A DNA stretch of 63,513 bases, the filler included, from Hyphochytrium catenoides (taxonomy: Eukaryota; Protista; Hyphochytriomycota), in assembly GCA_900088475.1 (NCBI GenBank). It is 7 parts of 7 records of this genome, joined end to end, with 100 filler letters (N's around TTAATTAATTAA, not from the genome) between each part and the next. Parts side by side here need not be neighbours in the genome. Positions count along the whole stretch, not along the records: positions 1 to 22,752 come from FLMG01001939.1; positions 22,853 to 38,100 come from FLMG01002848.1; 5 more parts are not named here. One strand, given 5' to 3'. A program made the position numbers and the translations under genes. This document shows, one piece after another, positions 10,976 to 23,345 of this stretch (positions within the stretch are counted from its first letter, which is position 1; each line of letters opens with the position of its first letter). The notes below the pieces were generated by a model. It ran no database searches, was not told the DNA's origin, and saw only the letters and a list, made by a program, of their open reading frames with translations.

Positions 10976-13465
10976 TCAACTACCGTAAGGTTTCTGAGAG
11001 GAAAGAGTTAAGAAGTGATAGTGGCTGAACGCTATTGCTTCTTCTTCTTCTTTTCTTTGGTTTGTCTGCGCTGCTTCGCCTTTCTTCTCTTCCGCAGGCC
11101 CCTGATGCTTCTTCGCTGCAGGAGGACGGAGAGTCGGGACGCCCGAGGAGGAAGAAGAAGAAGGACATATCCTCCCGTTGGAGTTTGTCTTCTTCTTTTG
11201 CCTTACTCTCTCCTCCTCCGCCGCCACTTCTCCTTGTCCTTCCTCTCCACCCACCGTCGCTGCGCTCCATTGCTTGACAATCAACGCGCCACAGCGCGGA
11301 CAGCCCACCGTTCCGAGATAGAACCACCACCGTGCCGCAATAACCCCTTCCTCCGTCGTCTCTCCTCCCTTCATTCTCTTCTCTGCTCCTGAAGAACAAT
11401 GATCCTCGTTCGAGCGTGGAACCTCTCTCTCCTCTGGTCTTGCTTTTCCTTTTCTCTTTGTCATGAGGTGCACAGCCATTTGAAGAAACAGAGCAAAGAG
11501 AGAAGCCTCCACAGCTGAGACAGTGTGGAAGACAATATCTCCTCGGATCCAGAGGCCCACGCCCTCGGGCCCAGAGCTAGGCAGAAGGAGCCACCAGAGC
11601 CAAGAGATGATCCAGTTAGACAGCCTTACGATCCAAAGAAGGTCAATCTTAAGTAGGCGCGCACTCTGGGCAGTTGAACAGATGAGAAGGAGAGACACGT
11701 ATCCCAGCACGCCGACGTCAGTGATTGACGCAACGGCTCCCCATTTCCTTCTCTCTCTCTTCTCTCTCCTGTCTAACAGCCTCAGCCCATGAAAGAGCAT
11801 CATTATGACGGCCTCGTGATAGACGACGATCCCGCAGGCCTGCCAGGCCGCCAGTGGCGCTGTCATCGCCGCAGCAGTCGTGATCTCGCCGTAGGAAGCC
11901 CCTACAAGCTGCCGCAGCACGCCGAGCAGGAGGTAGACGGTGTCATTGTTGGCGCAGGCAATCCCAATAGAGGCCGCTGTGGCCACATCAGACAGGTCAG
12001 GAAGAGAGATACATGGCCCTTTGCCTGCACCTCTTCTCCTTGGTAGTGCCACCTGAGAGGAGGAAGAGAGATTCATGGGAGAGGGAAGACCAGGGGACCG
12101 ACCGGGGTCGAGAGGAGGGGAAGAGAGGAAAGAGGAAGGCACCGTTTTCGCAAGGAGAATAGTATGCTGCTTTCCCTCCTGCTCCTTACCTCTAGGAAGT
12201 GAGGATGCAGAGGCGACAGCAGAAGAGACAGTCTGCATTTTCTCTTTCTCTTCTATGGGATGAGATAGAGATGGGCCGCACGGAGAGGAAAGAGGGAGAG
12301 AAGAGTCACTCTGCTGTATGCTTCCCGTGCACTCTGTCCTGAGATGAGTGACGCTCCTCCTGGTTATTTCTATGACTTTTACCCAGTAGATGATCCTCAT
12401 CAAAAGAGAGAGAAAGATCCAAGACAGCGCAGAGGCTTTCATGAGCTTCCACACTCTCTCCAGACGGCGGACAACCCATCGCAGCTCTCTTCTCTCCAGA
12501 TCTCTCTTGCCAAAGCGCACACACGGAGTCGTGGCAACGCCTAGCGGGTCCTCTCTTGAGAAGCCAAAGACACAGACGTTCCCTATGCCTGAGACGAGCA
12601 ATTGGAAGACATGTGCCTCAGGGTCCGTGCAAAGGCTTAAGCTCTTGCTAACGTTAGTGAAAAGCTCAAGCCCTTTGCACGGCTGAGACAGAGCGCTAAG
12701 GACGAATCTTTGGTCAAAGAGAGGCTCTGTTCTATTGCAAAGAATCATCGCGAGATACTGACGATCAAGCTGCTCAATAGCTTCTTCTCCCTCTCTCTCT
12801 CTCCCTTCTCTTCCTTCTCCTGTCTCTCTCTTCTCCTCAATGGTACTGGTCGTAAAGCCAGCAATCGGGCCATTCTTTGTGACGAGCCCATACAGTGCCT
12901 GGGCGTTGAGATAGTTATAGTACGGAGTCCCAGGCTGTGGGCCGCAGTTGTCTCCTCCTTGACGTGTCCCTTGCGTCAGCGAGACGATAGAGTCTCTCTT
13001 CATATCAAAGACACGCTCTTCCTTCTCTGTCAAAAACGTCTGCTGGTCTGTCCAGGACTTCAGCAGCTGTGTCGGCGTGTCTAAGAACTCAAAGGAGTAG
13101 TCCATTTGCACCAGCGCCAGGAGGAAGACAGCCAGCTCTACGACTGCCCAGACGGCTCCAAGGAGGTGGAACCGGGGAAGAGAGATAGGGATCGCCTCTA
13201 CATGCAACTTCTCCTTCAACAGAATAAGTCCTCTCCATCCTCCTCTTCGTGAGGTCCTCTTCTTTCTCCTGCTAGAAGAGAGAAGGTCTGTTTGTCCCGT
13301 CCTAGGGAGAGATGTGAGAGGAGAGACAGCAGCAGGCACAGAAGAAGAGGGCAGGAGAGGGATGGCAGTGGTGGTAGGAGGAGAAGCCGCGGGAGATGAC
13401 GAAGAGAGACTCTTTAAGGTTCTTTCTCGTCGCTGCTCTCCCTTCTTTTCGTCAATCTCTGCCAT
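10976..13465 (-). CDS. Family A paralog 4 (intact, intronless, 829 aa)
   Basis: Uninterrupted ORF with PRFHLLGAVWAVVEL, CGPQPGTPYY, LCNRTEPLFDQRF, SIGIACANND, YHEA, RGDIVFH, FYLGTVGCPRC and a terminal YHF. Confidence 0.9.
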   Translation of the reverse strand: MAEIDEKKGEQRRERTLKSLSSSSPAASPPTTTAIPLLPSSSVPAAVSPLTSLPRTGQTDLLSSSRRKKRTSRRGGWRGLILLKEKLHVEAIPISLPRFHLLGAVWAVVELAVFLLALVQMDYSFEFLDTPTQLLKSWTDQQTFLTEKEERVFDMKRDSIVSLTQGTRQGGDNCGPQPGTPYYNYLNAQALYGLVTKNGPIAGFTTSTIEEKRETGEGREGREREGEEAIEQLDRQYLAMILCNRTEPLFDQRFVLSALSQPCKGLELFTNVSKSLSLCTDPEAHVFQLLVSGIGNVCVFGFSREDPLGVATTPCVRFGKRDLERRELRWVVRRLERVWKLMKASALSWIFLSLLMRIIYWVKVIEITRRSVTHLRTECTGSIQQSDSSLPLSSPCGPSLSHPIEEKEKMQTVSSAVASASSLPRGKEQEGKQHTILLAKTVPSSFLSSPPLDPGRSPGLPSPMNLSSSSQVALPRRRGAGKGPCISLPDLSDVATAASIGIACANNDTVYLLLGVLRQLVGASYGEITTAAAMTAPLAAWQACGIVVYHEAVIMMLFHGLRLLDRREKRERRKWGAVASITDVGVLGYVSLLLICSTAQSARLLKIDLLWIVRLSNWIISWLWWLLLPSSGPEGVGLWIRGDIVFHTVSAVEASLFALFLQMAVHLMTKRKGKARPEEREVPRSNEDHCSSGAEKRMKGGETTEEGVIAARWWFYLGTVGCPRCGALIVKQWSAATVGGEEGQGEVAAEEERVRQKKKTNSNGRICPSSSSSSGVPTLRPPAAKKHQGPAEEKKGEAAQTNQRKEEEEAIAFSHYHFLTLSSQKPYGS

Positions 13466-13959
13466 CTTCTCCTACTCCTGCCACGCTCTCGTCACGATGG
13501 TGCCTGCATTCTTCGTGTCCGAGGCTCTTTCCTAGAGACACATGGAGCGCAAGCTGCAGGTCTGAAGAGAAGCCTGGCGCCGCAGATAGAACTTTCTTTG
13601 CTCGTTATAGCAAGCTCCTCGCTTGTCGTTCTGCGTCCCTCAAATGATCATGTGTCTGTCCCTTAAACGCTACTCTGAGTGCTGCCTTGCTCTCCTGCTA
13701 CTCTCTCGCTACCTTTCTCCCGTTTCGTTTGCTTTTCTCTCCTTCTGTCTCTCTCCCCTCATCTCCTACGGTACCTCTTTACGGGGAGAAGAAGAAAAAG
13801 AAGAAGCGGCGACAACGGGTTGTAGGTCGCTCCTCTCTCTTAGCCCGGAGCCCAAGAAAGCGTTCCATGCCTGTGCCGCTGGTATAAGCTAGGCCGAGTT
13901 GAAAAGCAACGTGAGAACAAGGGCGCCGACAAGAAAGAGAGAGAGAGACAGAGAGAGAG

Positions 13960-14014
<55 letters not shown>

Positions 14015-17000
14015 AAGAGGGAGAAAGAGAGAGCAAAAGAGAGAGAGAGAGAGAGAAAGACAGAGGAGGAACCCCAAGTGTTTATAGAGGGTGGATGGGT
14101 TAGCCGTGAACCTTGGGCCAAGTGGAAAGAGTGAACAGCGGGGAGAGAGGGTTGTTGGGCCCACCCGTCCTCTGGGGGCGTTACGATCTGTGAGAGTGTA
14201 ACGCCTTTGCTCCTCAGTGTAGTGCACTACTTCTGTCCTCCTTGACTCATAGCCGTTCTCTTCCTCTCTCTTCCTCTTGCGTTAGCGCCAGTGGGCTCTA
14301 TCTGTAAGGAAAGCCTGCAGTCTCTGAGGCTGCTGTGTCAGAGCTAATCGCCTAAAGCGAGAGAGGAGAAGTCACAGATAAAAATTAGCCAGCGGAGAGC
14401 CGCATGATGATATCTTCTTCGCGGTCGGAGGTGGGCGACGGGAGATTGTTGAGATGGCCGAAGAGGTAAGAAGGAGAAGGGAGAATCAGACAGAAAACAT
14501 AGGATTGCATATCCAGACAAAAACGAGCAGAGGCGGGAAGATGAAAATGAGTTTGAGAGGAAGTGGTATGATCACCCCGAAGAGGAATAGAGTACATCAT
14601 GTAGAGGGAACAATGGTTAACGAGGGCTGATCAAGATCCTCCATCAACACCAGAAGAGAGAGGCGGGGCCCAAGAGAGTTAATAACAACTGGAGATATAT
14701 ATAAAAGAGTGAGAGCGAGCATTTATATATGGAGAGAGAAAGAGGGACAGATTCATGTGAAGCGGGACTAGAGTCGTCTGGCGCGCCGGAAGACTTATAG
14801 TTTCCACCTAGCGGCGAGCGGAATTTGCTGAGGTCGTCCCGGTGAAGAGTGACATGAGAGGAGGACGGACAGTTATGCTGTCTTCTCTACCTGTTCCCTT
14901 TGTCTCTACCTTGTCTTNNNNNNNNNNNNNNNNNNNNNNNNNNNNNNNNTCTTCTCCTCTTCCATCTTATCGCTTCACCATGGGATCAGGTTCGCTCACT
15001 CCTCTTTGGGAAAAGAAGAACCCGTTGGAAGATCACCGCCCGCTCTCGCATGGCTCTTCTACTTCAGTCACTCCAACAACCTTGTTTTAAGAAAGCAGCT
15101 ATCCTGCAGGGGATGATGTCTCTTTTCTTCACGAACAGACACCAACGGAAGGATAAACATCCAGCTATTGTCAAGATAATATTATGTTCTATTATGGCAT
15201 CTATGCTTTCTGACCTCAGGTCTTCTCTCCTAGCCGTCTATGTAGCGTAGACTATTATGAGGATGATGGCCGTCACGAGGACGGCCACCAACATCAGCAC
15301 TTTGACCACCTTTAGAACCTGCTCCGCTTGGTCCTTGAAGTCCGCCGTCGCCGCCCGCTGCTCCTCCTCCACTGCGTAGGCATTGCCTGTTACGCGTCCC
15401 ATTCCGCACTTCATCCTTTTAGCCCTTTATCGGCGATGGTGTCCTCGCTTCCAACTTTGCTGGTATTCTCCTTCAGAGTTTGATTTTGATATGATTGTCT
15501 TGACAACTGATTCCGGTGACTTCTGGTCCTCTGCGTCAGTCTAGTAGAACTCTGGAATCAGGTGAGAAGACAGTCGCTCTCCACTCCAGAGGGACGAGAG
15601 GTAATCCAGGGGATGATGAGAATGAAGGGCAAGAAAGGTAGCGTCGCGTGGATGGCGTGCCTGCTGAGACTAGTAGAGCCAAGAGCGGAAGGTGGATAAT
15701 GGGGCCCTAAAAGGGATAAGTGGTGGCTTGAACTGTTGCAAGAGGCGGCAAAACAAAAGCGTCGGGCGACGCAAACTGAGCGCTTTCGGAAAAGATGAGA
15801 TTGACTCAGAGGCCGAGTGCGAGAGGAGTGGGAAGAGATAGAGGTAGAGAGAGAGAGGGTGCGGTAGAAGAAGGGACGTCAGCCACAAGACAGAACCAGA
15901 GAGAAGAGATCCACCACCGGTAATGAAGAGAAGGGCGTCGTAATGACAGGAAACAGCCCGTGAGACTGACAGTTAGGCGTCAAAGATAGAGTGAGAGGAG
16001 TGTCGAGTGGCGATGGAAGCCAAGCCATCGTCGCTGCTGCTCCCGCTGCTTGCCCTGCTGCCCAGTGCTGGAGACTGCCCGACAGCCGCGAGAGAGAGGG
16101 AGCAGAGGAGCCGACAGAGAAAGGTAAATAAGGTCAAGTTGAGGTTGGACAATCGCGTCCTTTATTAAGGGCACACAGGAAGGCTGCGACCATGTTGTTA
16201 TCACCTGTTTGACGGTGTTAGCACTAGTGATTATAGGTAAAATGAAGGTGTATTCGTTGCCGTTAGCTTTGTTCTAACGGCTCCCTTTGTCAACAACCAG
16301 CCTCCTCCTTCCTCCTGAATCATCATCATCATCATGCATTATGATGATTGATGATTCTTCTTGTTGGGTTCCTCGCTGCTGGCGGCCTGTCATCATCGTT
16401 ATCAGCCATCATGCAGGCAGCCGGCTGGCCCGCGGGTGCTCCTCTACCTCCTTCTTCGATCTTCCTTTCTTCTGCTCCTAGCCCAGCCCTTCTTCTCGTC
16501 CTCTTTGTCCTCCTCTTGATTCCTCCTCCTCCTCCGCGTATCATTTTTGATCATTACTATCATCTTTTGGTGATAGTAGAAGTAGTGGTGTGCTGCTGCT
16601 GCGGTGATGAAACTAAGGATAAATCGCTTCTTGGCTCGGTGGTGGTGTTAAGGCGAAGGAGAAGCAGCGGGTAGCAGATCCCGCAGCAGGAGGTGAAGTT
16701 GATGAATAAGTGGAATACGTAAAGGTCATAATATGACCCAGTCAATATTCTATTATCTCCACTGATCGATGCACAAGCAGGCAATGCACTTCTTCCTCTC
16801 ATTCTTCTCTTCTTTTCTTCTATCTGTTATATTTGATTTAAACTTTTCTCACACTGAACTTCAAAATTTTTGCCTCCTCCTCCTCGTCAACAAGAAGGAA
16901 CATTGTTGCATGCTCTCCTCTCCCTCAACAGCGCTTTTGTTAATGCATAAATAATTACGTACTCTGCTGATCCTAATCTCAAGTGTAGCAGGTCTTTATA

Positions 17001-20000
17001 TATTATTAGTTCGGGTTATGTCTCATGAGCTTAGTCTTGCATCATCATGATGAGCGCAAGCCGATGATGACGGTCCAATAATTGTCTTGAAATGATGCGA
17101 CTACCTACTTGTTGGCGCTGTTTTGTTGGTTATTATTATTATTATCAGGAGATGACCGTGGGAATCTACCAAGATTTTGAACCGTGTCCCCTCCACTTCG
17201 ACAGCGACTACTACTGCTGGTCCTGTTGTTGGCTCGGACTTCATCACTTTCTTGTCGCCACAAACAACCCCGTTCCTGCTAATAGGGCCTCCTCGCACAG
17301 CCAGGAGGGCTCCAAGCTTTGATCTTGCAATTTACCATCGTTATTCTGATGATGGTTGATGGGAGTCAAAGCCTAAATGGCCTAAGTAAAGAAGCAGGAT
17401 AGAGCGTAGAAGAGAAGACCTAAAAAAGGCGGTAAAGAGTCATCCGCATAGCAATGCTGCGTTCCCAAGGCACCTAACAACAAGAATAGTAGCGCAAAAC
17501 CGCAAAAAAGAAGAGATGGAGCGCTGCTTCTTGTTCGTCTTCTTCGCCATTGCTGCTGCTGCTGACCCCTCGTAAGGAGGGTGCAGAAGTCAGCAACAAC
17601 AACAGGAGGAGGAAGGCTACCACTATCATCATTGATGATACGTCATTGTGTTCTTGTCATTATGAATCACAAGAATTGTGATGCTTGTGCACTAGCTGCA
17701 CTACTAATTATGATGATGATGAAGAAGAAGAATGATGATGACTTCGTGAGGAGGGGGAGGGATCCATGGTCCCGATGAATGATAAGCAGAAGGGGTGAAT
17801 AACCTCTTTCCATTCACTTTTTACGTTTTTGTCGAATGAGTTTTTCTAGGCTAAAGTCTAGTTCTATTGTGGAAGAATCATAGGCGGCAGCTCTGTAGTT
17901 CTCTAATCGTCGTTCTGGTTAGACGACAGGGAGGAGGAGGAACAACGTTTTACTTACAGTCTACTATCATCAACATCATCAACACCCTTTTATAGGAAGA
18001 AGATCTTGGTCAACCACCGCTGGGCGCGCCTTTGGACAGACGATGACAACCAAGCCTGCCATTGACCAACCATCATCGCTGCCGTAGCTTACTTATTACG
18101 AGTAGGAACTACTGGTCATCACTCCTCCTCGACAAGGAAGAAGAAATCTGTTCTTCTTTGCCTGTCGTCGACCCCAAGCCTGCCATCAAACAACAACAAC
18201 AACCACCACGCCGCAGCTTACTGAGATAACCATCACTACTTCTACTTTACGATGAAGACGAAAAAACACGATCTACCTTTCTTCTCGTCTCCTCCTACTA
18301 ATAACCATCAAGCTTTTCTTTTTCTTCCTGATTATTTGCCCTCGTTATGGCCGCTCTGTCTAAATGTAATGTTTTCTATAAAAGCGGCTAAAGTCCAGCT
18401 AAACAAATGACAGACCTCACACCACTTCCTAGTAGTGCATAGTGCATACATCATAACACAGTCGTTTACCTATGGCTGGCGGTACAGTAGTGCTGTTGGC
18501 GTCTCAGGTCTTGGGGAGGGTGAAGGAGGAGAAGGAGAAGGAGGGTGGGACAATGCGGGCAAGGGAAACGAGACGATATCAAGTATGACACACGTCAGAT
18601 TGTGGATCCGTGATTCTACTATGTTACGCAGTCTTCGTAGTGTCTACCATCTAAAGATGTGGCAGCCACAATCAGTCGAGTCCGACCCGAAATGACTTAT
18701 AAAAGGTCCTCTGCGGCTGGGAAAAGGCTTATCTATATTGTGAATATTGAGGAGCTTTCAAGAATATTATTCGTCATAATGGGTATTGTGGGGTGGGTGG
18801 GCCATCGGAAATTCTTTAAATGTTCGGATAGCTTAGAACACATTCTTCTGCCTGTTCTGTCCCACCCGACTGAAAGTGAACAATTCTTTGTCTCAGGGGC
18901 AGTGGGACCTAGCCTTCCTCTGATCCCTTGGTCCTCCTGCCCCTTTGTGGCGGTACTAATAACAGGCTTTGGATGTGGACCAGACTTGGCGGGGGATTTA
19001 TGTGAAAATATTATCGCTTCCACAGTGCGGGTGCGAGGAAAGGACGAGGGGTTTGTGAAAAGCTGTTGACTCTGTTTCTATCTCTTTCTTGGTCTCCTTT
19101 TCATCTAGTCCTCACTCTTCCTCGGTTCAGACTCCCTATAAGGTTATAAAAGTGGATACAATCGGATCACCTAGTCCGCATCTCTACAATGACTCTGGCT
19201 CTCATCACCCTATATCTCTTGCCACTCCTCTCCCACTGCTGTTAGACTTTGGACCCCTGCCGCGTCGACATTAAAGTCTCAATCCCATCGAACACCATCG
19301 AGACAGAGTACTCTAGAGAGAAACGAGTGCCGAATGCGAGTCAAGTAAGAGATTTACAGAAAGACCTTTCTAGAGTTTTATTAAAAAAAGAACGAGATCG
19401 AATGAGAAAGAGATGGAAGCGTTGACGAGAAAGAGAGAGAAGTGCTGTGAGAGACGGTGTGGATGTGAGGACAGAGAGAGAAAGGGAGGAGAGAAGCCGC
19501 ACCTGCCGCTCGTTTTTCGTACCCGATCGGANNNNNNNNNNNNNNNNNNNNNNNNNNNNNNNNNNNNNNNNNNNNNNNNNNNNNNNNNNNNNNNNNNNNN
19601 NNNNNNNNNGACCGACGAGCTGCATTGCTGGCTTCCACTTATGCAAAGCGGCAATCTCTCTAAGCGCCAGAGTTTGACCGATTGAGGAGGGAGAGAAAGA
19701 GGCCTTGAGCTGTACAAAGACTCATCTTTTGTTGAACCTTGCAGACTGGCCTCTTCAAGAAGGAACGAAGTTGAAAAACAGAGAGAAAAAGAGAAAGGAA
19801 TTCTCCCTACTTGGCTCTCTCCCGCCTGGTGTTCTCTCTGTTCTCCAGCGCGTCATTGCAGCTCAAACTTCAGCTGAGGATCGAGGAGGCATCTACATCA
19901 CGCCTGCCTTCCCCTTCCTCTTCTTTTCTCTTCTCCCTATTGAAGGAGAAAGAAAGAGCAACACACAGAATCTAAGTCGCGCGGTTGCCTCTTGCCTACT

Positions 20001-20171
20001 TGTCTTCTCTGTCAGGGCAAGACAACTGACATAGAAACCCTGCCCATAGACTATGCAGCCAAGCATACACCTGTAGACTGTTCTCCATCTCTCTCCTTCA
20101 GGCAGTCTCTGCCTACGGCGCCGGTGGCACATCCTGCTGCCATCTTTATAGAGAAAAGAGAGAAAGGCGCA

Positions 20172-22121
20172 ATGAGAGAGATCGAGAGAAAGATGACCGT
20201 CAATGGCTTTTTCCAGGGCTTGTTTCAGCGCAAGCGTTCAGACTCAGACGACAGCATGGATAGCTTCTCTGCTTCTCAATACGAGCCGCCAGGTAATAGC
20301 GCCTGGCCTTCATCTCCTTCTCGTGCCTTCTCAGTCCGACCGATATACTGGCCCGTCTGCTGTGTCGTACTCTCTCTCCCGGTCGGTATCTCTTAGTAGA
20401 GATCGTCTCTGGACTGATGACTGATCCTTCTTCCTTTCCTTGTCTTTTTTTCTTAGAGGGTGAGCTCTTCCGTCCAAGAAGCAGCAATCACAGCGACAAT
20501 AGCTGCATCTCCTGTCTCTCGCCCTCCTCTCACAACCGCTGGATGAGGCGTATGTTCTACGTCCTGCCCGAACATGTGAACGAGGTGAAAAGTCTGTTAG
20601 AGCGCTCATTGAAGCTGAAGGAAGAAGGGATGCAGCACCATGTCTACCTGGACAACACGGATAGTGAGCTCTTCCAGGCCAGAGTTAGTGGCGCGGAGAT
20701 GTCTCCTCTTGTCAGGCTGAGTTGGAATAGGTAAGGAAAGAGAAGGAAGAAACTTTATGGGACAGATCTGTGTTTATCTCGTCTCTTGTCCCGCATGTGC
20801 CCCCTGGGCAGAGCTCTGAGAGTCTCTATCTCTTCTCATACGAAACTTGCTCTGTCTTGCTTTTCTATGTACCAAGCTAGCTCACTTTGTGGGCCCTGTC
20901 TTCTCCTCTCCTGTGTCGCTGTGTCTGACTATGTCTCTTTATTCTCTCGATAGATATTGCCGGAAAGGCGAGATGAACCTAGAGATTGAGACCTATCATA
21001 AGCGCCAGCTCTGTGAGGTTGTCACGCATAAGATCTCCTCCTGCAATGGCAAGGCTATTCTTCGGGGCAAAGTGCCTAACTTCATCAACATGTCGGAGGC
21101 CATAGAGAATGTGTTCAAGGCCAAGTCACTCGAGCCGGTAGTGATGATGGAATATTGGCGCCAACAGTATGAGAAGAAGGCATCGGATGGGGAGCTGACG
21201 GTCAGCGTCTTCTTGGATGAGAACTTCCGCTGTACGCCCAACATAAAGTGCTCGCATATTGGGAAGTTGGAGCCTGCGGCGCCAGACAACCAGACAAGGC
21301 AGTTTCCTTATGCCCTTCTCTCTCTCTATCAGGTCATTGATGCGGCGAACAATCAGGTGTGTCTCAATTCCTTTCATAGACTTCTTGTCCTTCTTGAGCG
21401 CGCCTTCCTTACCTTGTCCTTTCTCTTCTCTCTTATATAGCTGCTGAGCTCGCTGCTAGACAGTGGCATGATGATCGAAGTCTCTTGTGAGTTCCACAAG
21501 TACATCGCCTCCTACGCGAAGCTCAACGGAGTTCCAGACGCCGTCCAGATGCGTCTCATGCCTGCTTGGGTTTCTATGAGCTGGGAGGAGATAACAGAAA
21601 GCATAGAAGAGGGGGAAGGAGAAAGTCGTGGACTTTCACTCTCTCTTTCGAGGAGCCGGTCAGGAAGAGGCTCCCGCTCTGCCCGGAGCAGTAGGAACTC
21701 TAAGACTGACCAGCGCAGCTCTGTCTCCAGCTTCTCTCTCTCAGAACCGAGAAGGACAAAGTCAGCATTTCAGAGGCTCTTTAAGAAGGAGAAGACACAG
21801 GGAGGACAGAGAGGAAAGCAGCATCTCTCACGTCTTGGAGGCGTCCAGAACGTTGTAAACAATGCGAATGGGGAAGATATGCTTCTGCAGACGCCTCGCT
21901 CTGACAGGGCGAGACAGTGGGATACTGCGGGTGAGCTGCACTATGGAGATAGTATGGGAGACAGTGTTCCAGCTCGTCTCTCTTCTCGCACGCCGACTGT
22001 GCCTCTCTCTATCCCACGGGCCAAATCCTCAGAGAAGATCAATCAGCTTCTAGGAAGCTTTCTGCCCAAGTCCAGACAGCCAGAGGGCGTCAGCAGACGC
22101 GTTCTCGCTCAAGTTTGCTGA
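20172..22121 (+). CDS. VTC (polyphosphate polymerase-like tunnel) domain protein, degenerate; 4 exons
   Basis: Spliced model at about 20172-20292, 20458-20730, 20954-21357 and 21441-22121. Motifs RRMFYVLPEHVNEVK, VYLDNTDSELFQARV, VRLSW, PVVMMEYWR, SVFLD, FPYALL and FHKYI are colinear with Vtc4 TTKYWVH, IYFDN, RLRWY, PVVRSFYNR, RISLD, FPYAVLEVK and FSKF. Confidence 0.75.
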
Positions 22122-22324
22122 TTGGAGAGAAAGAGAGAGAGTGATAGAGTCTGGCAAATGGAGAGGGAGAGAGTCTGGCAAGTCTCTCCACTAAAGAGAG
22201 ACAAGGGCCTGTTCTCCATGTCCAACAGGGAAGAAACGGAGGTAGATGTCTCCTATTTATTCGTGCATGAGAGCCGGCATGACGCGGCGCGTTTTGGGGA
22301 TGGTGTGACCATAGTGTTAGGCTT

Positions 22325-22752
22325 ATTAACTTATATACCATAATAGACAGAGACAACGGTGATTCTGCTAGTCGCGCGGACGCATCTCTCTCTCTCTTTC
22401 TCTCTCTGACTTCTATCCTAACTCATATGCCATAACAGACAGAGACATCAGTGACCCTGACAGTCACGGACGCCTCTCTCTCTCTCTCTCTCTCTGTCCG
22501 GCCTCCATACTAACTTGTGTGCCATGATAGAGAGATACAATAGTGACCCTGACAGTCACGGACGCCTCTCTCTCTCTCTCTCTCTGTCCGGCCTCCATAC
22601 TAACTTGTATGCCATAATAGAGAGAGAGACATTAGTGACCCTGACAGTCGCGGACGCCCCTCTCTGCTCCTCTCTCTCCCACACACACTCTCTCTCTCTG
22701 ACCTCCATCCTAAGTTGTATGCCACAATACACAGAGACATTATTGACCCTGA
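22325..22752. repeat. Minisatellite of about 90 bp (about 5 copies) with embedded (CT)n
   Basis: Recurring unit taacttgtatgccataatagagagagacattagtgaccctgacagtcacggacgc-(ct)n-gtccggcctccatac, running into a gap. Confidence 0.85.
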
Positions 22753-22852
22753 NNNNNNNNNNNNNNNNNNNNNNNNNNNNNNNNNNNNNNNNNNNNTTAA
22801 TTAATTAANNNNNNNNNNNNNNNNNNNNNNNNNNNNNNNNNNNNNNNNNNNN
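22753..22852. other. Artificial contig linker N44-TTAATTAATTAA-N44 (also 38101-38200, 42253-42352, 56798-56897, 60661-60760, 61885-61984)
   Basis: Identical 100-nt spacer with stops in all six frames, present six times. Confidence 0.97.
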
Positions 22853-23345
22853 TGCTTCAGCGCGAGCATAACCAGCTCCCTCCAGATGCGGAAGTTCGTT
22901 CCGTAAGCTTGGGGATGGTCGCGGTTGGCAAGGTATGCTCCATGGTCGTTTGCGCAGCCATGTTTCAGTGACTAACTGCTGCAAGTTCAGCGGGTCCAGA
23001 ACCTTTGTTGATATAGAGAACAGAGTTGAGTCAACGAAGGAGGCAGCAAAAGAGCTGCCGACTGGAGGCGATGAAGTGATGCAGCGCAGTGCGTCATTCT
23101 CTCCACCCTTACCCCTGAAATCTTCTCTGATGTTATCGGAGTGAAGACAGCGCCCGAGGTATGGGATATACTCAAGCAAGAGTATGGGAAACTTTGCCCA
23201 GCAGAAGCGATGAGGATCAGAGACGATCTTCAGAACATCAAGAAGCGCAAAAGCGGGACCATCCATCAGTACATTGCCCGAGCAAAAGGAATGATGCGTG
23301 AGCTTCTAGATGGTGAAGAGAAGATTGATGAAAGCACGGTGGTGA
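22853..23345. mobile_element. Scrambled Copia fragments: minus-strand gag start/PBS/LTR end (22853-23032) fused to a plus-strand gag piece (23033-23345)
   Basis: 22853-23032 is a diverged direct copy of about 24040-24230. 23033-23345 is a diverged inverted copy of about 23672-23980 (KTAPEVWDILKQEYG...KIDESTVV). Confidence 0.8.

Noticed and set aside
14385-16260. Possible non-LTR retrotransposon debris (QTHFHL...RF; AIVQPQLD)
   Set aside because: Only faint motif echoes and no RT core; too weak to call.
16290-19530. Short ORFs in an AT-richer, trinucleotide-repeat region
   Set aside because: No recognisable domain or consistent frame; probably old transposon or intergenic sequence.
22325-22752. 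Repeat-spacer-like array (CRISPR?)
   Set aside because: The spacers are CT microsatellite, the units are degenerate, the context is eukaryotic and there are no cas genes.
22797-22808. Recurrent palindromic TTAATTAATTAA motif
   Set aside because: Always centred in 44+44 Ns: an artificial six-frame-stop linker. Cross-linker gene neighbourhoods were not interpreted.
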